Assembly: GCA_016288465.1 (NCBI GenBank)
Contig: JAEEZC010000003.1
Span: forward strand, 1 to 45,767
DNA length: 45,767 bases
Direction of reading: 5' to 3'
From: Verrucomicrobiota bacterium
Lineage (GTDB): Bacteria; Verrucomicrobiota; Kiritimatiellia; RFP12; UBA1067
Part shown: piece by piece, positions 1 to 9,244 of the stretch
How positions within the stretch are numbered: position 1 is the stretch's first letter
How the letters are laid out: each line of letters starts with the position of its first letter
Made by a program: the position numbers and the translations under genes
Notes under the pieces: model-generated
Databases searched by the model: none
Told to the model about the DNA's origin: nothing
The model's input: only the letters and a program-made list of their open reading frames with translations

Positions 1-841
1 AAGGAGATGTGGCGCATAAGGGATTCCGGCTTTTACTGAAGAAAGATTCTCGCTCAAGGCCAGATGGAATTCTTGCCACGAACTATGCCTATATGGTGTA
101 CTTGGACGAGAAGCCTGATTCTTCTGGCGGGGAGAAAGGAAACTCCGCGCCGGAAGGGAATCGTGCCATGGTCAAATCGGCTGGCGTTCCTGAAAAGGGA
201 GCCGAGAGGAAGTGTTTGAAAGGCCTGACGCTTCTGCCGTGTGAAGAGAAAGAGCAATAGCCCCCTGTCTGCATGCCTTTGGAGGGCGTCTGCTTAGTGT
301 TGCGCGGTTCCTTGCCCCGTACAAGTCGTTGTCCGAGGGTGTACGCCTGTTTGGCCTAGGGTGTATGGGTGCCGCGAAAGGGGGCTTTGGGGGCTGTTTT
401 TGCTCTCAAAATAGCGGTTTTTGGGTTGCGCTGTGCGATTAGGTGGGAGTGGTGATTAGTTGCTAGTGGTTAGTGATTAGTTGATAGTTGGTGGTTGGTA
501 GGCGTGTCCGGTTGGGATTTCCGCGGCCGAACCGTTTTGGGAATGTTGTCGCAAGCACTCTTGTTCGTGAAGCCTGCGAAGTAGGCGTGTTCGTGTCGGC
601 GGCAGGGTGTGACAGGCGCACGTCGCAGGGTGCGATTCGAGTGGGTTCGGGAAAGGGATTTAAGGGACGTAAGGGACCGAAGGGGCGGGAGCGCGGCTAT
701 TGCAGCCATGGCAATTGTCTGTGGCGGAGCGGGTGGCAGTCGCATTAGAGGCCCGACCACCGTCTACATGTTCTACACGGCTATTGTAAAATCCCGCCTA
801 AATCACTTTTGCGGCAGGAAAACATAAAGCCGAATTGTCCG

Positions 842-2683
842 CTAGCTGTCCGACTTGACGGGCTTCCTCGGGACGTGTATCGGCTCGATGCCGAGTTCGG
901 CGAAGCGGCGGAACAGAGCCTTAGTTCCCTCAATTGCGCCAAATCCGTCGCAAGCCTCGTCGATTTCCGCGATTATTTCATGCGAATTGCACAAGGTGAA
1001 TCGGCGCCAGCGAAGCACCAGATAGTACGTCGACGTTCCGGTGCCCTCGTATATTCTACGGACGACGTAGACCTCCTTCACCGCCCGTCCATGCTTGGAC
1101 AGCACCTGCTTCAGCTCCTCCCGCTCGCCATCGGACATCGGGCAGGCCTGGATGTTGTCCTTCGGCTTGAGCTTCGCATTGAGCCGGCGCATAAGAGCCT
1201 TCTCTCCGTGCTGGCGCAGGTCCAGGAGGTCCTTTATGCGGTCCACCGCCCCGATTTCGAGGAAGTGGCAGAACAAGGCGCCTTCGGCCCAGAGCCGCAT
1301 CATCGGATCCTTCTCTATCAGCTGCTCAAGGCGGTCCGCGATTGGCGAGGCATCCTCGGCGGACGCCGCCTTCGGAAGCTCGTAGCAGAGTTCCGCCGTC
1401 TCGATCGCGGCGTTGTCGGGATGCGCGGCGCGACCTGCGCGCACGGCGGCAATCGCCTCGTCCTTGCGTCCAAGGGCGTTGAGGGCCATGGCGCGGTCCA
1501 GGATCTCGTCCGGAGTCGCCGAGCCGTCCTTGGGCAGGGATTCGATATACTTCTCGTTCCTCTCGCGCGATTCCTTGATCGACTTGGCCATCTCGTCGAC
1601 TGCGGGGCGCATCAGCTTGTCAACTTCGCCGTCAAGCGCGCCGGCGGAGCCGAAGATGCTCTCGAATGCGTCCTGCGGCGCGGAGGCAAATGGCACAAGC
1701 GCGTTGACGTCGGTCGTGCCTGCGCGCACCGCAAGCGGCGGATGCTCCTCCATCGGCGGAACAATCGAGCGCAGGTCGCGTTCAAGCCGACGACGCGCCT
1801 CGTCCGCCGGAATCCTGCGGCGCATCGCGGCGCGGATTGCCTCCGCAGGCGAAGCCTTGGCGCCGTTTTCGGAAACGGCGATGGGACGCATGATTTCATC
1901 CATGTCGGCGTCGGCGCCGCGCAGCTTCAGCGTGACCAGCACCTCGCGCAGCGTCTCCTCGCCGTAGAGCTGCGCAACCGAGCGGTCGGCCGCGAGTTCG
2001 CGTTCGCGCGCCACCGGAGACACCAGGCGGTCGAGACGGCGCAGATAGGAGCGGCGCCAGGGCCCCAGGGCCCAGGTAAAGACGCCGAGCTGGACGGAGC
2101 TCCAGAATACGTGGACGTGCCGAAGCGCGCCGAAATGGACGGTGTCGCTGTGCGCAATGTGTCCGAGCTCGTGCGCAAGGACGCCGCGCAGGCCGCGCTC
2201 GCCAAACGCGACGAGAAGCGGGAAGCCGAGCATAAGCACGTTGCTGCGGAGGCAGGGGACTAGCGGGAACGCGGACGACACGGAGGCGTTGAATTCGTCC
2301 GGGACGAGAAAGATTCGGTGGATGCGCGGCGCTCCGACGGCATCGGCCGTCTCGCGGACGAGTTCGTGGAGGCGCGGCCAGTCCTCGGCGCGAAGCTCCG
2401 GAAGCCCGGTCCATGACCTATGAGTAATGATGATGTAATAAGCGCTTGCCGTGACGACGAGGTTGATCACGAGGAACGAGATGAGCCGGACATGCTCCAG
2501 CGGCTCCATGACGCAGAGCGCCACAAGCCAGGCGAGAACGGCGAACAGCAGGAGTCCGACCACGGCGCCTTCCGCCAGCAGCAGCGCGAGCCTGAAGCGG
2601 TAGAACGACGGATGCTCGCGGTAGCAGCGCTCCGCGCTCTCCCACCGCTCCCATTCCCTGCGAGTGACTCCTTCCAACACCAA
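842..2683 (-). CDS. M48-family zinc metallopeptidase, membrane-anchored, TPR-like C-terminal region
   Basis: 613-aa ORF with N-terminal hydrophobic segments and an HELGH zinc motif (VLAHELGHIAHSD). A minus-strand AAGGAGG just upstream favours GTG at 2680 over TTG at 2683 as the start. The overlapping + ORF 809..2263 is an Arg/Ala-rich shadow. Confidence 0.8.
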   Translation of the reverse strand: MVLEGVTRREWERWESAERCYREHPSFYRFRLALLLAEGAVVGLLLFAVLAWLVALCVMEPLEHVRLISFLVINLVVTASAYYIIITHRSWTGLPELRAEDWPRLHELVRETADAVGAPRIHRIFLVPDEFNASVSSAFPLVPCLRSNVLMLGFPLLVAFGERGLRGVLAHELGHIAHSDTVHFGALRHVHVFWSSVQLGVFTWALGPWRRSYLRRLDRLVSPVARERELAADRSVAQLYGEETLREVLVTLKLRGADADMDEIMRPIAVSENGAKASPAEAIRAAMRRRIPADEARRRLERDLRSIVPPMEEHPPLAVRAGTTDVNALVPFASAPQDAFESIFGSAGALDGEVDKLMRPAVDEMAKSIKESRERNEKYIESLPKDGSATPDEILDRAMALNALGRKDEAIAAVRAGRAAHPDNAAIETAELCYELPKAASAEDASPIADRLEQLIEKDPMMRLWAEGALFCHFLEIGAVDRIKDLLDLRQHGEKALMRRLNAKLKPKDNIQACPMSDGEREELKQVLSKHGRAVKEVYVVRRIYEGTGTSTYYLVLRWRRFTLCNSHEIIAEIDEACDGFGAIEGTKALFRRFAELGIEPIHVPRKPVKSDS

Positions 2684-2776
2684 CGACCTCCTTCTGCCTC
2701 TTGCCGCGCTCGTTACCGGGCTATCCGCTTCCTCGGACGGCTTTGACGCGCTATTTTTCCAACTTTCGGAGCGGAT

Positions 2777-2785
2777 AGTATACCA
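2777..2785 (-). promoter_or_regulatory. Candidate extended -10 promoter (TGGTATACT on the minus strand) for the M48 peptidase gene
   Basis: The reverse complement of agtatacca reads TGGTATACT, about 95 nt upstream of the M48 start. A TTGACG-like -35 lies at 2803..2808 but with a long 20-nt spacer. Confidence 0.35.
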
Positions 2786-2840
2786 TAACCCGGTTTTTTC
2801 CGCGTCAAGGGCTCTCCGGAGTCACGGGAGCCGTATTTTT

Positions 2841-2849
2841 TGATATAAT
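2841..2849 (+). promoter_or_regulatory. Candidate extended -10 promoter (TGATATAAT) for valS
   Basis: TGaTATAAT lies 65 nt upstream of the valS ATG in the divergent intergenic region. No good -35 was seen. Confidence 0.4.
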
Positions 2850-2913
2850 ATATCCTCAATCTTTTAGGGCGTGCGCGAGCCGTCCTGCAGGAGACGAACA
2901 AAAGCACAAGACT

Positions 2914-5592
2914 ATGGACAAGCACTACGACGCGAAGGCCGCAGAGGCCAAATGGTATCCGATATGGGAGAACAACGGCTGTTTTCATGACGAGCCAGGC
3001 AAGGGCGAGCCGTATTCCGTCGTCATTCCGCCGCCGAACGTGACGGGCATTCTCCACATGGGCCATGCCCTCAACCAGACGATTCAGGACATTCTCGTCC
3101 GCTGGCGCAGGATGCAGGGGCGCAACACGCTCTGGCTGCCTGGCACGGACCATGCGGGCATTGCGACCCAGAACGTGGTCGAGAAGGCCCTCAAGAAGGA
3201 GGGCAAGCGCCGTCAGGACCTCGGGCGCGAGGCTTTTGTGGAGCGCGTGTGGGAGTGGAAGAAGCAGTACGGCGGCACGATCGTCCACCAGCAGCGCATG
3301 CTCGGCAACTCCACTGACTGGCAGAGGGAGCGCTTCACGTTCGACGAGGGATGCTCCAAGGCCGTCGCCAAGGTCTTCACCAGGCTCTACGACGAGGGCC
3401 TCGTCTACAAGGGCAACTACATCGTCAACTGGTGCCCGAGGTGCGGAACCGCGCTGGCGAACGACGAAGTCGAGCACGAGGCGCACCACGGCAACCTCTG
3501 GTACGTGAGGTATCCGGTCGTCGGCAGCGAGAAGGGCGCGGCGGGCGAGCCGTACAAGGACTACATAATGGTGGCGACGACGCGTCCGGAGACGCTGCCG
3601 GGCGACACGGCGGTCGCGGTGAACCCGAAGGACGAGCGCTATGCGCATCTTGTCGGCAAGAAGGTGATTCTGCCGCTCACCGGGCGCGAGATACCCGTCA
3701 TCAGCGACGACTACGTCGAGAGGGAGTTCGGCACCGGCATCGTGAAGATCACTCCGGCGCACGACCCCAACGACTTCCTCGTCGGCAAGCGCCACGGCCT
3801 TGAGGAGATCAACATCATGACCGACGACGGGCACATGAACGAGCTCGCCGGCGCGAAGTATGCGGGGATGGACAGGTTCGAGTGCCGCAAGGCGCTTGTC
3901 GCGGACCTTGAGTCCGGCGGCTACCTGGACCATATCGAGGACTACGACAACCAGGTCGGCCACTGCTACCGTTGCCATGAAGTCGTGGAGTCTCGTCTCT
4001 CCAAGCAGTGGTTCGTCAGGATGAAGCCTCTCGCCGAGCCCGCAATCGCGGCGGTGAAGTCCGGCGAGGTCAGGTTCGTGCCGGACCGCTGGTCGAAGAT
4101 CTACTTCAACTGGATGGAGAACATCCAGGACTGGTGCATCTCCCGTCAGCTGTGGTGGGGCCACAGGATTCCCGCCTACTACTTCGGCGACGGCAAGCTC
4201 GTCGTGGCCGAGACCCCGGAGCTCGCCCTCGAAAAGGCGAAGGCCATCGACCCGAACGTCACTGCGGCCGACCTAGAGCAGGATCCCGACGTGCTGGACA
4301 CCTGGTTCAGCTCGTGGCTGTGGCCGTTCTCCACTCTCGGCTGGCCCGAGAAGACGAAGGACCTCGACTACTACTATCCGACGACAGACCTTGTGACGGC
4401 GCAGGACATCATATTCTTCTGGGTCGCGAGGATGATGATGGCCGGCATACACTTCATGGGCAGGCCGCCGTTCAGGAACATCGTGATACACGGCATCGTT
4501 CGCGACGCCCAGGGCAGGAAGATGTCGAAGAGCCTCGGCAACTCGCTCGATCCGCTCGAGCTCATCGACGCGTACTCGGCGGACGCGCTCCGCTTCTCCA
4601 TTGCGCTCATCACGTCGCTGGACTGCGACTCGAAGGTGAGCAAGGAGAAGTTCGAGATCGGGCGCAACTTCTGCACGAAGATATGGAACGCCGCGCGCTT
4701 CATGGAGATGATGGGCGGCGGCGAGGCCGGGGGCGGCGCGCCCGACGGCCTTGCGGCGTTCGGCCGGGACCTCACAAGCGACGAGAAGCACATACTCTGG
4801 GCGACTGACATCGCGTGCCGCAAGGTGAACGACATTCTGGAGAGCTACCGCATCCAGGACGGCGCGCTTGCGGTGTACGACTTCTTCTGGACGCAGATCT
4901 GCGACTGGTACGTCGAGTACGCGAAGGACGCGCCCGACAAGAAGCGCGCCTTCGCGATTCTCCGCGACGTGTTCTGGAAGGCGCTCCGGCTTCTGCACCC
5001 GTACATGCCGTTCATCACCGAGGAGGTCGCGCACCAGCTCGGCTACCTCAAGGACGGCGAGACGATCATGCGCGCGAAGTTCCCGACCGGCTATTCCGAC
5101 GAGGAGAAGGCGGCGTGGGGCCTGTCGCAGGAGACGTACGATTTCGTGAACGCGAAGCGCGAGGCCATCACGGCGCTGCGCGCCCTCCGCGCCGAGTACA
5201 AGGTCGCGCCGTCCGCCTTCGTGAAGGCGACGATCGCGACAGACGACCCGAAGGCGAAGGCGGAGGCCGAGTCGCTGAAGCGCGCGATGCGCGCCGAGGC
5301 CGTGGAGTTCGTCGCCGCGGGCTCCGACCTCGCCATGCCGTCGAAGATCACGTCGTTCGGCACGGTCTACCTCTCTCTCGAGGGACTGGTCGACAAGGCG
5401 GCCGAGGCGAAGCGCATCGCGGCGGAGCTGGCGAAGATCGGCGGGTTCATCAAGGCGAGCGAGGCGAAGCTCGCGAACGAGAACTTCGTCGCGCACGCGC
5501 CCGAGGCCGTCGTGGCGGAGGCGAGGCGCAAGCTCGCCGAGAACAGGGAAAAGGTCGCGCAGCTGGAGAAGCTCTCGAAGCTCTTCGCATGA
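2914..5592 (+). CDS. valS: Valine--tRNA ligase
   Basis: 892 aa. Class I HIGH-type motif (PPPNVTGILHMGHALN), KMSKS motif (KMSKSLGN), and a C-terminal coiled-coil tail typical of ValRS. Confidence 0.97.
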   Translation: MDKHYDAKAAEAKWYPIWENNGCFHDEPGKGEPYSVVIPPPNVTGILHMGHALNQTIQDILVRWRRMQGRNTLWLPGTDHAGIATQNVVEKALKKEGKRRQDLGREAFVERVWEWKKQYGGTIVHQQRMLGNSTDWQRERFTFDEGCSKAVAKVFTRLYDEGLVYKGNYIVNWCPRCGTALANDEVEHEAHHGNLWYVRYPVVGSEKGAAGEPYKDYIMVATTRPETLPGDTAVAVNPKDERYAHLVGKKVILPLTGREIPVISDDYVEREFGTGIVKITPAHDPNDFLVGKRHGLEEINIMTDDGHMNELAGAKYAGMDRFECRKALVADLESGGYLDHIEDYDNQVGHCYRCHEVVESRLSKQWFVRMKPLAEPAIAAVKSGEVRFVPDRWSKIYFNWMENIQDWCISRQLWWGHRIPAYYFGDGKLVVAETPELALEKAKAIDPNVTAADLEQDPDVLDTWFSSWLWPFSTLGWPEKTKDLDYYYPTTDLVTAQDIIFFWVARMMMAGIHFMGRPPFRNIVIHGIVRDAQGRKMSKSLGNSLDPLELIDAYSADALRFSIALITSLDCDSKVSKEKFEIGRNFCTKIWNAARFMEMMGGGEAGGGAPDGLAAFGRDLTSDEKHILWATDIACRKVNDILESYRIQDGALAVYDFFWTQICDWYVEYAKDAPDKKRAFAILRDVFWKALRLLHPYMPFITEEVAHQLGYLKDGETIMRAKFPTGYSDEEKAAWGLSQETYDFVNAKREAITALRALRAEYKVAPSAFVKATIATDDPKAKAEAESLKRAMRAEAVEFVAAGSDLAMPSKITSFGTVYLSLEGLVDKAAEAKRIAAELAKIGGFIKASEAKLANENFVAHAPEAVVAEARRKLAENREKVAQLEKLSKLFA

Positions 5593-6182
5593 TAGCGTAC
5601 GTCAGGGGCACACTGGTCGAGAAGGACGTCGGCCGCGCGGTCGTCGAGGCTGGCGGAGTCGGCTACGAGCTGCTGATACCGGTATCAACGTTCGAGAGGC
5701 TGCCGAAGGAAGGCGAGGAGGCCAAGCTCCTCGCCTGGCACTGCGTCAGGGAGGACGACGAGGTCCTTTTCGGGTTCGCGACGCAGGCGGAGCGCGAGAT
5801 GTTCCAGAAGCTCACGCTCGTGAGCGGCGTGGGGCCGAAGATCGCGCTGGCGATACTTTCCGGCTCGTCCATCGGCGAGCTGTCGCTTGCCATAGCGAGC
5901 GGGAACGCAAAGCGCATATCCTCCATAAAGGGCGTGGGCAAGAAGACCGCCGAGAAGATATGCGTGGAGCTCAAGGACAGGGTGAACGCGATCGAGGCGC
6001 TTGCGTCGTCCGGAGGGCGCGGCAAGGACGCGGCGGCTCCCGCGCTGCACGACGCGGTGCTGGCGCTTACGGCCCTCGGGTTCAGCGACGAGTCCGCGAA
6101 CAAGATGGTTAGCAAGGTCGTCGCGTCCAATCCCGACGTGCGCGACACCGAGACGCTGGTGCGGCTTGCGCTCAAGGGCTGA
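5589..6182 (+). CDS. ruvA: Holliday junction branch migration complex subunit RuvA
   Basis: In-frame ATG at 5589 gives 197 aa: MIAYVRGTLVEK...GVGYELLIP...LVSGVGPKIALAILS...IKGVGKKTAEKI (two HhH motifs). ATGA overlap with the valS stop. Confidence 0.93.
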   Translation: MIAYVRGTLVEKDVGRAVVEAGGVGYELLIPVSTFERLPKEGEEAKLLAWHCVREDDEVLFGFATQAEREMFQKLTLVSGVGPKIALAILSGSSIGELSLAIASGNAKRISSIKGVGKKTAEKICVELKDRVNAIEALASSGGRGKDAAAPALHDAVLALTALGFSDESANKMVSKVVASNPDVRDTETLVRLALKG

Positions 6183-6195
6183 CCGAAGATGTGAA

Positions 6196-7974
6196 ATGGA
6201 CAAAACGGAGAATCGGAGGACAAAGACAATGAGAGAGAGTCACGTGCAGTTCGTCGTCGCCGCGGCATTCGCCTTTGCGGCGGGCCTGGCGTCGTTCGGC
6301 GGCGAGAAGGTGTACCTGTGGCCGGAAGGCAGGATGCCTGACGCGCAGCCGCACCAGATCGCCGCGATGACCGACGAAAGCAAGGCCGAGGGCTTCAATC
6401 CCGACGAGTGGCGCAGGCCGTACATCGAGTGGTACGATGCGCCGGCGGCGGAGGGGAAGACCGACGCGTGCATGATCCTCATCTCCGGCGGCGGCTACTA
6501 CAACTGCTGCGACGGCAAGCTCGTGGAGGAGTGGCACAAGAAGCTGTCCGCCCTCGGCGTCACTTGCGTCAAGCTCGTCTACCGCACTCCGCGTCCGAAC
6601 GGCATCGCAATATGGCAGAGCGCGTGGGAGGACGGCCAGCGCGCGGTGCGCCTCGTGAGGCGTGACGCGGAGAAGAGGGGCTTCAGCGCGGAGAAGATCG
6701 GAACGATGTCGATGTCGGCCGGCTCGCATCTCTCCACGCTTCTGGCGACCAGCTCGCAGACGCCGGCCTACGCGCCGGTGGACGAAGTCGACTCGACGCC
6801 GTGCCACATAAACTGGGCCTGCACGTTTGCGATCGCCTTTGCACTCACGGACGGCATAGGGACGCCCAACTCGCGTGTCGGCGACGCGGTCGACGTGAAG
6901 CTCGACTCCGTCTTCAAGTTCGACGAGAAGACCTGCCCGATGTGGATGTCGCACGGCGGAGAGGACAAGTATTCGCCGATGGCGTCCACGCTCGTCTACC
7001 GCCGTCTGCGCGAGAAGAAGGTGCCGGCGGAGCTCCATCTCTACCCGGACAAGCCGCACATGGCGATCGGCTTCGACCGCGCCGTCGAGTTCATGCGGCA
7101 GATGGGCTTTCTCGGGCCCGTGGCGCCCGATGCGGATCTGATGGAGCGCTTCGCCTCCGACGGCGACCGCGCGTCGCACTCGAAGGCCGCGATCTGGCCG
7201 GAGGGCAAGATGCCCGACGCGCAGACGAACCAGTGCACGCCGTACATAGAGTGGCACATGCCGAAGGAGCTCAAGACGAAGGCGATACAGATCATCTACT
7301 CCGGCGGCAGCTACATGAGCAACAGCCCCGACGGCTTCGAGGTCGCTCCGGCGCGCCGCTACCTGAACGCGCGCGGCATGACGGTCGTGACGATGAAGTA
7401 CCGCACTCCGCGTCCTCTCGGCGGGCTTGCGAAGCACACGACGGCGTGGCAGGACCTGCAGCGCGCGATACGCATAGTGCGCAGCGAGGCGCCGTCGCGC
7501 GGGCTTGACCCGGACCGCATCGGCATAATGGGCTCTTCCGCCGGCGGCCATCTGACGCTCATGGGCGCGACGAGCTCGAAGCACCGCTCGTATCTCGACA
7601 TCGACGCAATCGACAAGTTGCCCTGCAACGTGCAGTGGGCCGTTGCGATCTACCCTGCCTACGCGCTCACCGACGGCGCCGACAGGAACAACACGACAGG
7701 CGGCAACGCCGATTCCGCAAGGCTTGTCCCGGAGTTCTCGTTCGACCTCGCGACTCCGCCCATGCTCTTCATCCACGGCGATGCGGACGGATGGGCCGCG
7801 ATGAACTCGGTGAAGACCTGGGAGCAGCTCAGGCGCATGGGCATCCAGGGCGAGCTGCACACGCTCGTGCTGAGGCCGCACTGCTTCCAGCGCAAGGCGT
7901 CGCCGGGTACGGGCAGCTACACGTGGCTTGACCGCATTGGCGAGTTCCTCGACGCCAAGGGCTTTTGCAAATGA
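6196..7974 (+). CDS. Secreted tandem-duplicated alpha/beta-hydrolase (carbohydrate esterase-like, two esterase domains)
   Basis: Signal-peptide-like N-terminus (start ATG 6196, or alternatively 6229). Two homologous halves each carry WPEG(R/K)MPDAQ...YIEW...YRTPRP...W(E/Q)D.QRA(V/I)R.VR plus a serine motif (SMSAGSHL and GSSAGGHL). Confidence 0.75.
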   Translation: MDKTENRRTKTMRESHVQFVVAAAFAFAAGLASFGGEKVYLWPEGRMPDAQPHQIAAMTDESKAEGFNPDEWRRPYIEWYDAPAAEGKTDACMILISGGGYYNCCDGKLVEEWHKKLSALGVTCVKLVYRTPRPNGIAIWQSAWEDGQRAVRLVRRDAEKRGFSAEKIGTMSMSAGSHLSTLLATSSQTPAYAPVDEVDSTPCHINWACTFAIAFALTDGIGTPNSRVGDAVDVKLDSVFKFDEKTCPMWMSHGGEDKYSPMASTLVYRRLREKKVPAELHLYPDKPHMAIGFDRAVEFMRQMGFLGPVAPDADLMERFASDGDRASHSKAAIWPEGKMPDAQTNQCTPYIEWHMPKELKTKAIQIIYSGGSYMSNSPDGFEVAPARRYLNARGMTVVTMKYRTPRPLGGLAKHTTAWQDLQRAIRIVRSEAPSRGLDPDRIGIMGSSAGGHLTLMGATSSKHRSYLDIDAIDKLPCNVQWAVAIYPAYALTDGADRNNTTGGNADSARLVPEFSFDLATPPMLFIHGDADGWAAMNSVKTWEQLRRMGIQGELHTLVLRPHCFQRKASPGTGSYTWLDRIGEFLDAKGFCK

Positions 7975-9206
7975 AAGGAAACACGGCAATGACGAAACTC
8001 GCGATATTGGCGGCTGCCGCCGCCGCGGCGCTGCAGACCTTCGGGGCTGAGGCGGAAATCAGGGACTCCGGCACGACGTTCGCCAGGGATGCGCTTCAGA
8101 AGTACGTCGACTCGGGCGAGCTGCCCGGGGCGGTCAGCGTGTTCATGAAGGGCGGGATGAGAGAGATCGCGTGCGTGGGCTACGCCGACGTGGACGCGAA
8201 GCGCCCGGTCACCATCGACGACCCGTTCATGCAGTGCTCGCAGACGAAGGGCTTCTGCGGCGTCACTATCGCGATGCTTGTCGAGGAGGGCAAGATCTCG
8301 CTTGACGACCCCGTGTCGAAGTACCTGCCCGAGTTCAAGACGCTCTGGGTGAAGGCTTCCGAGACGAACGACGTCATCACGCTCGAGAAGGCCAGGAACG
8401 AGCTTACAGTGCGCATGGTCATGAACCACACCGGCGGCTTTCCGTTCGAGCTGCCGAACGGCCAGGCGATGGGCGGATGGTCGCGCCGCATGCCGCTCAG
8501 GAGCGTCGCCGCGACCGCCGCGTCCCAGCCGATCCTGTTCGAGCCGGGCACGAAGGTCAGGTACTCCAACGTCGGCATCGACATCGGCGCGGCGGTCGTG
8601 GAGGTCGTGACTGGCAAGCGCTGGGAGACGTTTCTCAAGGAGCGCGTCCTGGATCCCCTCGGCATGTCCGCCACCGGCTTCTGGCCGACCGACGAGCAGC
8701 TCACGAGGAAGATCGAGCTGTACGACGTCAAGGGCGGTCAGAAGGCCAAGTGGAAGATGCAGGCCGACTGGATGCAGCGTCCCTACAACGACGACCGAGT
8801 GTTCGCGTCCGCGGGCGCTGGGCTCTGGACGACGGCGCGCGACCAGCTCAAGTTCTACGGCATGCTCATGAACCTGGGCGTCGGCGACAACGGAGTGAGG
8901 ATACTCAAGGAGGAAACGGTCAAGAACCTGCTCGCCGTCTCGTCGCGTCCGAAGGGCCTGGGCGGCTACTCGCTTGGGCTCAACGCGCTCGAGGAGGACA
9001 GCGACACCGCGTGGTTCGGCCATGGCGGCGCCTGGGGCACGAACTGCTCCGTGAACTGGCACCGCAAGGAGCTCAACCTCTGGGCGTGCCAGTACAGCGG
9101 CGGGCCTCGTCCGTGGGAGGGCGCTCGCGGCGAGGCGGTGAAGAAGTTCTTCAAGTACGTGGTCGACAATTCAGGCGTCGAGGCCTACACTGGCCGTCTG
9201 AAGTAG
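7971..9206 (+). CDS. Beta-lactamase-fold serine hydrolase (class C / family VIII esterase-like), secreted
   Basis: S-x-x-K motif (CSQTKGF), Y-x-N (RYSNVG), HGG box (WFGHGGAWG) and a signal peptide. ATG 7971 overlaps the upstream stop (ATGA); ATG 7989 is an alternative start. Confidence 0.8.
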   Translation: MKGNTAMTKLAILAAAAAAALQTFGAEAEIRDSGTTFARDALQKYVDSGELPGAVSVFMKGGMREIACVGYADVDAKRPVTIDDPFMQCSQTKGFCGVTIAMLVEEGKISLDDPVSKYLPEFKTLWVKASETNDVITLEKARNELTVRMVMNHTGGFPFELPNGQAMGGWSRRMPLRSVAATAASQPILFEPGTKVRYSNVGIDIGAAVVEVVTGKRWETFLKERVLDPLGMSATGFWPTDEQLTRKIELYDVKGGQKAKWKMQADWMQRPYNDDRVFASAGAGLWTTARDQLKFYGMLMNLGVGDNGVRILKEETVKNLLAVSSRPKGLGGYSLGLNALEEDSDTAWFGHGGAWGTNCSVNWHRKELNLWACQYSGGPRPWEGARGEAVKKFFKYVVDNSGVEAYTGRLK

Positions 9207-9244
9207 GATGACGGGACATTTCGCATGATCAAGGAGGCACAGCC

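Noticed and set aside
3-260. ORF open to the left window edge (track entry 9..260, ...KGFRLLLKKDSRSRPDG...CEEKEQ). Possibly the 3' end of a gene starting upstream.
   Set aside because: There is no motif, the composition is an odd Lys/Glu/Gly-rich mix, and GC is lower than in the surrounding genes. It cannot be distinguished from non-coding or ncRNA sequence without the upstream context.
630-700. tRNA- or tmRNA-like T-loop resemblance (gggttcgggaaa).
   Set aside because: No acceptor stem, anticodon arm or CCA context can be drawn, so the resemblance looks like chance.
809-2263. Long ORFs antisense to or out of frame with the called genes. Examples: 809..2263 +, 2713..4164 -, 4273..5496 -, 6172..7989 -, 7917..9062 -, 9185..10546 -, 11323..13320 -, 15239..16219 -, 16880..18331 -, 20470..22347 -, 21957..23654 -, 28648..30357 -, 33722..34735 -, 35139..36326 -, 39782..40885 - and 42649..44058 -.
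   Set aside because: Their translations are Arg/Ala/His/Leu/Pro-rich with no recognisable motifs. Each fully overlaps a gene with strong family signatures on the other strand or frame. Such shadow ORFs are expected in high-GC DNA.
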